Shown here: positions 18,454 to 25,726 of the stretch, in pieces | How the letters are laid out: each line of letters opens with the position of its first letter | How positions within the stretch are numbered: position 1 is the first letter of the stretch | Source: an uncultured Candidatus Saccharibacteria bacterium | GTDB lineage: Bacteria; Patescibacteriota; Minisyncoccia; Phycocordibacterales; Phycocordibacteraceae | Length of the DNA: 48,019 bases | Reading direction: 5' to 3' | Assembly: GCA_964438675.1 (NCBI GenBank) | Contig: CAYTKJ010000001.1 | Coordinates: 1-48,019 of the forward strand | The notes under the pieces: model-generated | Seen by the model: the letters and a program-made list of their open reading frames with translations, nothing else | Told to the model about the DNA's origin: nothing | Database searches by the model: none | Translations under genes and position numbers: made by a program

Positions 18454-18526
18454 AGCCGCCTCCCAGATTCGAACTGGGGACCTTCGCTTTACAAAAGCGT
18501 TGCTCTACCAACTGAGCTAAGGCGGC
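18454..18526 (-). tRNA. tRNA-Thr (anticodon UGU)
   Basis: Hand-folded cloverleaf: acceptor GCCGCCT/AGGCGGC, D arm GCTC-AGTTGGTA-GAGC, anticodon loop TTTGTAA, T arm CCCAG-TTCGAAT-CTGGG, discriminator U. 73 nt, with no encoded CCA. Confidence 0.9.
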
Positions 18527-18630
18527 TCACAGAATGCAAGGCGTTGCTCGTCCCACTTTTGGCCAGCCCTTTCGGGCGGCCAATGCCATTATATGGCACC
18601 AGAAGAAAAGTAAAACCTATTACTTTTCTT

Positions 18631-18649
18631 CCAACTGAGCTAAGGCGGC
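18631..18649 (-). repeat. Orphan copy of tRNA-Thr positions 1-19 (acceptor 5' strand to D loop)
   Basis: 19 of 19 nt are identical to 18508-18526. On the minus strand it is followed directly by an 11-bp perfect hairpin. Confidence 0.85.
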
Positions 18650-18650
18650 G

Positions 18651-19016
18651 TTATTTCTTCTCGGGAGTTATGGTCCGCAAGAAGTTTGATACGGGGGCGC
18701 CCCCACCCTTTGGAGCAGAGACGCGCATTTTATACGACAGTCGAGCGAGTGGGCGCTCAAGTGCCCGCACTGCCTCAACTGCACTTTGTACACCAAAATG
18801 CGTTGCAGAATGAATGAGCGCCTTCACATAGTTGCGCCAGGAAAGCGGTACACCGCCCAGCACCATCGTGCGCCACAATTCTAGAGCGCGCTCATCGAGT
18901 ACTGATCGCTGTGCATTAAGAAATCGAATTCCGTGCGCTGTTTCGTAACGTCTCAGCGAGAAAAAACCGAGTATCGCAGACAGCGCGATAAGAAGTAAGA
19001 CCGCAGGGGTAAGCAT
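18651..19016 (-). CDS. Hypothetical small membrane protein
   Basis: 121 aa with an N-terminal TM helix. It starts 2 nt after the tsf stop, which suggests translational coupling. I recognise no motif. Confidence 0.5.
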   Translation of the reverse strand: MLTPAVLLLIALSAILGFFSLRRYETAHGIRFLNAQRSVLDERALELWRTMVLGGVPLSWRNYVKALIHSATHFGVQSAVEAVRALERPLARLSYKMRVSAPKGGGAPVSNFLRTITPEKK

Positions 19017-19017
19017 A

Positions 19018-19599
19018 CTATTTAGTTACGTAACGCTTGAAATCACCGACGTCTATGCGCTCACCAAACTTTTGTACCGCATTGTCGATAAGCTGGCGTA
19101 TCGTGAGCGTGTCGTCCTTAATAAACACCTGCTCCATAAGCACAACGTTTTTAAGGTAGGCGTCGACTTTTCCGGAGAGAATAGTCTCCTTAAGGTTTTC
19201 TGGTTTACCTTCGACTTCCTTTGTGTACAGACTCTTTATTTGCTCAAGCTTCTCTGCAGGTATGTCAGCGCGAGATTTATACTCAGGGCTCGACGCAGCC
19301 ACCTGGAGCGCTATGTCGTAAGCGAGCTTCGCAAAATCCTCGTGCTTTGACACGAAGTCAGTCTCAGATAGGAGCTCGACTACCGACGCCACCTTTTTAT
19401 TTGCGTGTGTGTAGGTTGCAAAAATACCAGACCCAAGCTCACGATCTCCCTTTTTGTCAGCAATAGACGAGCCTTTCTTTCGGAGAATCATAAGCGCTTT
19501 CTCGATATCACCCCCTGCCTCTTCAAGCGCAACCTTACACTGCATGACTGAAATGCCCGTACGTTCGCGAAGTTCCTTCACGATATCAGAAGAAATCAT
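19018..19599 (-). CDS. tsf: Elongation factor Ts (short form)
   Basis: N-terminal UBA-like VKELRERTGISVMQCKVALEEAGGDIEKA. 193 aa, located directly downstream of rpsB. Confidence 0.9.
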   Translation of the reverse strand: MISSDIVKELRERTGISVMQCKVALEEAGGDIEKALMILRKKGSSIADKKGDRELGSGIFATYTHANKKVASVVELLSETDFVSKHEDFAKLAYDIALQVAASSPEYKSRADIPAEKLEQIKSLYTKEVEGKPENLKETILSGKVDAYLKNVVLMEQVFIKDDTLTIRQLIDNAVQKFGERIDVGDFKRYVTK

Positions 19600-19611
19600 A
19601 TAGTTAGTATA

Positions 19612-20313
19612 CTATGCACCCTGCACACGTCCCGCTTCGTATGCACCAGTAATTTCTTTAAGGAAATACTCGACACTGTCGCGCGAAGCATCGTTACCTA
19701 CGACAGGATGTGTGACCAGAGATAAGTCGCAGTCTGAGTTCATGATGCCAATAACAGGAGTACCGAGTCCCCGGGCTTCTTTTACCGCATTATCCTCGCG
19801 CTTTGTGTCAACGACAACGAGCGCGTCTGGGATTCGGTCAAGAGACACGATGCCAGTGAAGTTCTCTTCGAGACGAGCAATTTCTCGACCAATCATAAGA
19901 CGTTCCTTCTTCGTGTACTTCTTTACTGAAGTGCCACTTTCGCGCTCATCAATAAGCTCTTTCATACGATTCATTCGCTTCTTAATTTCTGGAAAGTTAG
20001 ATAGTGTACCCCCAAGCCAGCGCCCTGCGACAAACGGCATGTTTATAGATGCTGCAGTCTCACGTATGAGCTGAGCCATTTCAGGTTTTCCGGATACGAA
20101 AAGTAGTATTTTACCCTGGGCACCGAGTGCTTTTACGTAGGCGAGCACAGACTCGAGCATGGTGCTGGTCTTTGTAAGATCGAGAATGTCTGTTTGATTT
20201 TTTGTGCCAAAAACGAGGCCCTTCATCGTTGCGTGGCGACGGCTACGTGCGTATCCAAAGTGTGCCCCCACCTTAAACAGGGCTTCTACGAGGCCATTTT
20301 TAGTCTCTAACAT
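19612..20313 (-). CDS. rpsB: 30S ribosomal protein S2
   Basis: GAHFGY, GTKNQTDILDL and VVVDTKREDNAVKEA, in the conserved rpsB-tsf order. Confidence 0.93.
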   Translation of the reverse strand: MLETKNGLVEALFKVGAHFGYARSRRHATMKGLVFGTKNQTDILDLTKTSTMLESVLAYVKALGAQGKILLFVSGKPEMAQLIRETAASINMPFVAGRWLGGTLSNFPEIKKRMNRMKELIDERESGTSVKKYTKKERLMIGREIARLEENFTGIVSLDRIPDALVVVDTKREDNAVKEARGLGTPVIGIMNSDCDLSLVTHPVVGNDASRDSVEYFLKEITGAYEAGRVQGA

Positions 20314-20331
20314 AGGGGTCAGTCTAGCATA

Positions 20332-21291
20332 TCACTCCTCGCTGGGCAACGCGTCACCAATACCCCCTCCTTCGGCCACCTTAGCCTTAAGCGTCTCTAT
20401 AATGGGGTCTAAGTTCCCCTCCATAATGCTGGGCAGATTATGCCACGACTCCTTGATACGGTGGTCGGTAAGGCGGTCCTGCGGGAAGTTATACGTCCGT
20501 ATTTTCTCTGATCTATCGCCCGTCCCTATTTGCGCCTTCCGCGCCTCTGAGTGCTCCCGAGCCGCCTTTTCTTCTTCAAAATTTTCGAGCTTTGCTGCGA
20601 GAATTTGCATTGCCTTTTCTCGGTTTGCAGCCTGCGAGCGCTCGGATTGGGATCGCACCTCGAGCCCTGTCGGCTTATGAATGAGACGTACTGCCGTTTC
20701 AACTTTATTTACGTTCTGCCCACCAGCTCCACCCGAGCGCGAGAACTCCATCTCGAGGTCTGTAGGGTTTAGTACTGTCTTAGTATATTTCCGTATAGGA
20801 AGAATGGCGACCGATGCAGTCGAGGTATGAATGCGTCCGTTTTTCTCTGTAGCGGGGATGCGCTGGACCCGGTGAACGCCAGTCTCATATTGCAAGGCGT
20901 CGTACACCCCCTTGCCCTTTATTTCAAACGACCTAAGTCCGTCAAGAAGTTTTACCTCCCAGCCTTGCATCTCGGCGTACCGTTGGTACATACGTGCAAG
21001 CTCCTCTGCAAATAGTGACGCTTCGTCGCCCCCGGCTGCCGCACGAAACTCCATAACCCCGGCGACCGCCTCGCTCTCTGTCTCCTCATCGCTTTTGAGT
21101 ATGTGTTCCATCTGCCTCATCACTTCTGCCTGTTGGGTGCGGAGTTCACTCATCTCTTCAAGTGCGAGCGCGGCAAGGCCTGGGTCACGCGTTAACTCCT
21201 CTGCCTTGAGTATCTCCACACCGAGACGGTCATACTCGCCAGCGAAGTACGCGGTTCGATGATCTTTACGATAGTCTTCTAGTGTCGCCAT
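20332..21291 (-). CDS. prfA: Peptide chain release factor 1
   Basis: GGQ motif [17 protein letters not shown] and the codon-recognition tripeptide PAT in RVQRIPATE (RF1 type, not SPF). The ORF is contiguous with no frameshift site. Confidence 0.88.
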   Translation of the reverse strand: MATLEDYRKDHRTAYFAGEYDRLGVEILKAEELTRDPGLAALALEEMSELRTQQAEVMRQMEHILKSDEETESEAVAGVMEFRAAAGGDEASLFAEELARMYQRYAEMQGWEVKLLDGLRSFEIKGKGVYDALQYETGVHRVQRIPATEKNGRIHTSTASVAILPIRKYTKTVLNPTDLEMEFSRSGGAGGQNVNKVETAVRLIHKPTGLEVRSQSERSQAANREKAMQILAAKLENFEEEKAAREHSEARKAQIGTGDRSEKIRTYNFPQDRLTDHRIKESWHNLPSIMEGNLDPIIETLKAKVAEGGGIGDALPSEE

Positions 21292-21293
21292 AC

Positions 21294-21320
21294 AAAAAAG
21301 CGCTACCTGTAGTGTAGCGC
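21294..21320 (-). terminator. Hairpin plus U-run downstream of rpmE, abutting the prfA start
   Basis: Minus strand GCGCTAC-ACTACAG-GTAGCGC followed by TTTTTTG, then the prfA ATG 2 nt later. Confidence 0.5.
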
Positions 21321-21329
21321 AACGAATCG

Positions 21330-21587
21330 TTACTTAGCAGTCTTCTTAGAAGCTCGGACCTTAAAGCGCTCAACACGGCCGGCACGGTCAATAGTGACTT
21401 TCTTGCCTGTATAGAATGGGTGCGACGCTGACGAGATTTCTACGGTCACGCGGTCATATTCTTTTCCATCATCCCACTTTGCTTTTTCAGTCGCATGGAT
21501 GGTTGAGCCTATCAAAAAACGCGTACCCGACTCGACATCGTCGAAAATAACTGGTCTAAAATCTTTCGGATGGATGGCTGCCTTCAT
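21330..21587 (-). CDS. rpmE: 50S ribosomal protein L31 (type B, no CxxC)
   Basis: [15 protein letters not shown] ... HPFYTGK. The start was chosen at MKAAIHP rather than the track start 12 codons upstream. Confidence 0.88.
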   Translation of the reverse strand: MKAAIHPKDFRPVIFDDVESGTRFLIGSTIHATEKAKWDDGKEYDRVTVEISSASHPFYTGKKVTIDRAGRVERFKVRASKKTAK

Positions 21588-21624
21588 GTCGTAGGAGTAT
21601 ACCAGAAATGAGCCCAACCGCAAC

Positions 21625-24600
21625 CTATATCTCCTCGAACTTAGGCGCGAGCCTCACGGTAACAACAGCTGAGACTGACTGCCCTGTTTGCATAGACGTA
21701 CAGGAGAGTGTGAAGATAGTCTCCTGCTGTATAGCCCCAGTTACCACTGACCCCCCAGTACCAGTCAGTGGCCACGTTGTCCCAGTAGAGGCCACGATGG
21801 CACACGAGCTGTCCACCACCTCACTTGCAGTCCATGTAATAGTGACGGAGCTCCCGGCACGGATCGTGCTTCTACTTGAAACAATAGTGAGTGTTGAGCT
21901 TTCGTGCGACTCCTCAGTGATATCTTCGCCTGACGAACATGCAGGATCATCGGTATCGATGAGGCTATTCCCGTTATTATCGAGGCCGTCTGCACACTGC
22001 GTTGGCGGCTCAATAGTCACCACAAGCGAGCCCCCACAGTTGTTAGCTTCATTAGTTTCGTCTACAGCTGACGGTATATCTGCACATGCTCGGATTGCAT
22101 GCGTGCCGACAGCTGCAGTCCATGCTGGCGACACTGCTACAAGCGTGCCTCCAGCACCGATAGTTGCCACAAAAGTATCTAGATTCGTGTTCCAGCTCCC
22201 ATTATTCTCTAAGTCTATCTGAAAGCGCACAGGAAAGGTCCCTGTATGCGCAAGTCCATTATTAGTAACCGTTGTGTTAAAGGCCACCGCTTGGTTAGTA
22301 ATTAAAGAGCCCGATGCAATATTTGGGATACTCGCAGTAAAGTCAGGTCCCGAGATAGAAAATGTGTAACTTGCTCCGCAGTTATTCCCCTCATCACTTT
22401 CCGGGTATGCCTCGCTCGGGATATCAGCGCAGGCGCGGATTGCATGCGTACCAGGGACAGCGGTCCACGTTGGCGAAAACGAGATCGATTGAGACCCAGG
22501 AGAAATGGTGTAGAGGTTGCCGGTACGCGTTGCCTTAATTGCACTCGTGCAATTTCTTCCTGTGGCACAATCGGCTGATGGGGTGGTTCGTGCTACAAGC
22601 GACCACGCACCGTCGTACACCTTCCAGCTATAGCGTGTGTAGTTCGTGGTTGGATATGGATTACTGTCTGCCCAAAACTCGGCATTACAGCACTCGCCTG
22701 CTCCGAGTGCGCAGCTTGTAACAACGCGCTGCTTGTCCGCATAATCAACACCGCCACCACCGTCATCCTCGAGCTCACTACCCTGACGGACGAGCGTCCC
22801 GCCAGAACACATAGTCGAGATTTGTTCTTCGACGACACTCTGCGATGTTCCGAGGTCATCAAGTGTTACGTCGTACGTACCATCATTCCATAGATCTATC
22901 TGAAATCTATTTTGAAACACCCACGACACATAATCGGTTCCGAGATTCAAAATGGGTGCTAGAAAACTCAATATGGCTCCTTGCGCTAAAGTGCCTGAAC
23001 TAAGCGTTGGTGTGTCCGCAGAAATATCACGTCCGAAACCTGACACAGTTGTGCCGCATCCTGTGGTGCCAGAGGTACACGATGCTGATCCAGATGAATA
23101 CCAGATGTTTGTTTCAGCGGTCTTTGCCACTACCCCTGTGGGTGACGAGACAGACGCGCATATCGTCCCAATAGGATCGAACTCGCCTGGGTAATAGATA
23201 ACGGTTTGATTCCAGTAACCGAGACCGAGCGTACTGCAATCAAATGCCTGATACGTGCGTTCACTGTATACGAGCGTCGTTGTCCCGGTATACCACTGGT
23301 TAGCAGCGTATGCGCTCGTGCACTGCTCGCTCGCGCATGCACACGTAGGACCAGTGCATGCTGTATAGGGGCAGTCTGTGGTAATTGTAGTATTGCCTGA
23401 AGTAATAGCAACCTGCGCGCTCTTATACCCGCCCGTGGTATATGTCTTTTCTATTGTAGATCCTGTTCCTGAGAGACCGTCACTCCCACTCCAAACGTAG
23501 CTATATGTGCCCGAACCAAACTCAGGCAGTGCGGTCCATGTAATAGGCGTTCCGGTCTGCGGCAGAGCGGTATCAATAGAGCACGAGACCCTAAAAGACT
23601 CGATGGTAGTCGTTGCGGATGCGGTCGCACTGCCACCAGCACCAGTACATGCGACCGAGTACAGAGTGGTCGCCGAGGGATTGACGGTGACTGAGCCAGA
23701 CACAGCATTTCCAGTACTGAAGTTGGTCCCTGTACAACTTGTTGCATTTGCCGATGACCAGGTAAGTAACACAGACTCTCCCGCTGCGACACTGGCCGGG
23801 TTAGAAACAATACCAGCAGTGACTGCCGCGCCATATGACATAGTACGTGCAGTCCACGAAGTACTTACGCATCCAATGGGTTCCCCAGCCACCCACGTAC
23901 ACTCTGTTGTTGGATTTGCCGTAACGGTGCTTTGCGTGTTGGTATAGGCAGAACACGTGTACGTCTCGGTGCCAAAATCCTCGCTTACTACAGCGCGCGT
24001 GGTGCAGCAGCTTGCAGAAAGTCCTGTGCAGTACGATACGCACGTGTCAGTCGATGCTGCATACGTCCCCGCGAGCGTTCCGCCCGAGCACTGCGCTCCA
24101 CTGTAGGTAGTAGACGTGGCTCCGCCCGACGAGACAGAAACTGAAAAACTTTGGCTCGTACTCCCTCCTGCCCCAGAGCACGATACTGTGTAGGTCGTAG
24201 TAGTGGTGGGTGTCACCGTTACGGAACCTGTGGTCGCATTACTTGTACTGAAATTGGTACCAGTACAACTCGTCGCATGAGTAGATGACCAGGTCAGGGT
24301 CGCTGATTGGCCTGAAGTAATCGAGGTGGGAGATCCAGAGAGTGTTGCGGTTGGTACGGCTGGTGCAGTAGCGGTCACTGCTGTCCATGCACCGCAGTTA
24401 TTGTTCTCGTTTGACTCGGTAATAGTCCCACTACTTGCAGACGAGCTTTTGTCTGCACAGAGACGAACGTACCAGGTTGCAGCAGATGGGAAGGTGTACG
24501 AGTATGTTGCCGAGGTACTCCCTCCTGCAGCAAGCGTTGAGGCGCTGTGCGTACCAATGTCTGTTGCGCTAGTTCCGGAAGCATCAGTCGCACGTTGAAA

Positions 24601-24813
24601 TAGATTTGTAAAACTAGTGCCAGTCGATGCTGAGCCAAAATTTGTAATAGTTGCGGAAAGTGTGACCGCAGTACCAACAGTGGCAGCTGTTGGTGTAACG
24701 GCCCCCGCAGAGAGGTCAGGACGCGAAGTTCCGCCACCACGGTGACCCACTGCAAAAACCGACGATGTGCATAATACAAAAAACACCAGGGTTGCGATAA
24801 TTGCTTTATTCAT
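21625..24813 (-). CDS. Large secreted mosaic surface protein (CARDB x3, Ig-like TLTWSS repeats x2, PKD-like, Cys-rich modules, metal-binding CxDGxDNxG motif, C-terminal Ig-like domain)
   Basis: 1062 aa with the signal peptide MNKAIIATLVFFVLCTSSVFA. CARDB signatures include TITESNENNNCG, ESDEGNNCG and DETNEANNCG. Other modules: SATLTWSSTHATSCTG and SVLLTWSSANATSCTG repeats, YSYVWSGSDGLSG, and QCADGLDNNGNSLIDTDDPAC. Thr/Ser/Gly-rich. Confidence 0.85.
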   Translation of the reverse strand: MNKAIIATLVFFVLCTSSVFAVGHRGGGTSRPDLSAGAVTPTAATVGTAVTLSATITNFGSASTGTSFTNLFQRATDASGTSATDIGTHSASTLAAGGSTSATYSYTFPSAATWYVRLCADKSSSASSGTITESNENNNCGAWTAVTATAPAVPTATLSGSPTSITSGQSATLTWSSTHATSCTGTNFSTSNATTGSVTVTPTTTTTYTVSCSGAGGSTSQSFSVSVSSGGATSTTYSGAQCSGGTLAGTYAASTDTCVSYCTGLSASCCTTRAVVSEDFGTETYTCSAYTNTQSTVTANPTTECTWVAGEPIGCVSTSWTARTMSYGAAVTAGIVSNPASVAAGESVLLTWSSANATSCTGTNFSTGNAVSGSVTVNPSATTLYSVACTGAGGSATASATTTIESFRVSCSIDTALPQTGTPITWTALPEFGSGTYSYVWSGSDGLSGTGSTIEKTYTTGGYKSAQVAITSGNTTITTDCPYTACTGPTCACASEQCTSAYAANQWYTGTTTLVYSERTYQAFDCSTLGLGYWNQTVIYYPGEFDPIGTICASVSSPTGVVAKTAETNIWYSSGSASCTSGTTGCGTTVSGFGRDISADTPTLSSGTLAQGAILSFLAPILNLGTDYVSWVFQNRFQIDLWNDGTYDVTLDDLGTSQSVVEEQISTMCSGGTLVRQGSELEDDGGGGVDYADKQRVVTSCALGAGECCNAEFWADSNPYPTTNYTRYSWKVYDGAWSLVARTTPSADCATGRNCTSAIKATRTGNLYTISPGSQSISFSPTWTAVPGTHAIRACADIPSEAYPESDEGNNCGASYTFSISGPDFTASIPNIASGSLITNQAVAFNTTVTNNGLAHTGTFPVRFQIDLENNGSWNTNLDTFVATIGAGGTLVAVSPAWTAAVGTHAIRACADIPSAVDETNEANNCGGSLVVTIEPPTQCADGLDNNGNSLIDTDDPACSSGEDITEESHESSTLTIVSSRSTIRAGSSVTITWTASEVVDSSCAIVASTGTTWPLTGTGGSVVTGAIQQETIFTLSCTSMQTGQSVSAVVTVRLAPKFEEI

Positions 24814-25723
24814 TGGACCAGGTAAGTAGCCTCATAAAACCATTAAATTCACCCAACGCACGCACCCTACCAGTCGTAATGGTAAATACAGACACAGTTG
24901 TAGTTGCGTCAGTATGCGTGGTGCCTAATAGATAGGCCCCATCAGGGGAAAACGTCATAGTCTCCGGAATAAAAGTTTTTTCAAGTATCAGTGGTACAAA
25001 ATAACCATCTTTCTCTTCAAAAACTTGAAGCGATCGATCTGCGGGAGCTACCCATGCGAGGCGCGTACCGTCCTGGGAAACTGCAAACGGCGTTGAGAGT
25101 GGTACTGGCACAGGACTTGCTACCACAATACTCGGCGGTGCATCGCTGTACGATAAAAGTGCGATCCCTCGTGATGTGAGTGCAAAGGTACGCTGACTCG
25201 GTGATGGGTGTGGTTCGTACCCGCGACCAACGGTGAGTGTATCGCCCTGCTCGACTGCGCGTACCACTACCCACGCTTCTGGCGAGATTTCTTCTACCGC
25301 ATCGTCACGCGTAGCAAATGCGATACTCGTGCCCTGAGGAGACCAGCGCGGGTCAGACACCTCACCTACCGCAACCACACGTGTCTCTACACCATCCGTA
25401 TTACCTATAAGCAGTTCCGGGGGCGCGCCCTTCGTACGTGTGACAAAAGCACTGTTTCCCCCTTGAGGCGCAGGCACGACAGCAATAAGCGAGCGCAGAC
25501 CGTCTGGCTGAAACACCAGATACTCGAGCTCGTGCATGGCCTGCAGCGAAAAAGATACCGACCGCATCGACCCATCTGTACCTATCAGTGTTGCGTATAC
25601 TGTTCCGTTTAGTCGATAGGCACTGAGTGCTGAAACGACACCGATCGCTGCGACCACAGCTACAAGCACCAGATGTCCTCTATGATCCCGACACCACGCT
25701 AGCAGTTCGCGCACGCGTGACAT
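24806..25723 (-). CDS. Membrane-anchored PD40/TolB-like beta-propeller repeat protein (paralogue 2)
   Basis: 305 aa with the TM helix LVLVAVVAAIGVVSAL, then PRWSPQGTSIAF, VSQDGTRLAWV and FSPDGAYLL repeat signatures. It overlaps the downstream gene by 8 nt. Confidence 0.7.
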   Translation of the reverse strand: MSRVRELLAWCRDHRGHLVLVAVVAAIGVVSALSAYRLNGTVYATLIGTDGSMRSVSFSLQAMHELEYLVFQPDGLRSLIAVVPAPQGGNSAFVTRTKGAPPELLIGNTDGVETRVVAVGEVSDPRWSPQGTSIAFATRDDAVEEISPEAWVVVRAVEQGDTLTVGRGYEPHPSPSQRTFALTSRGIALLSYSDAPPSIVVASPVPVPLSTPFAVSQDGTRLAWVAPADRSLQVFEEKDGYFVPLILEKTFIPETMTFSPDGAYLLGTTHTDATTTVSVFTITTGRVRALGEFNGFMRLLTWSNE

Positions 25724-25726
25724 GTG

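Noticed and set aside
18373-18813. 146-aa plus-strand ORF from the six-frame track.
   Set aside because: It runs straight across the tRNA-Thr gene and its structured spacers and overlaps the minus-strand ORF downstream of tsf. It has no motifs and is most likely spurious.
20332-21291. Programmed +1 frameshift of the prfB type in the release-factor gene.
   Set aside because: The protein carries the RF1 tripeptide PAT rather than the RF2 tripeptide SPF, and the ORF is contiguous from start to stop.
21608-24598. Several long antisense or alternative-frame ORFs inside the 1062-aa surface-protein gene (for example 21608-22222, 23507-23947, 24375-24779).
   Set aside because: The Thr/Ser/Gly/Ala-rich codon composition suppresses stop codons in other frames. 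These ORFs have low-complexity translations, no starts in sensible context, and are fully nested in a gene with clear domain signatures.
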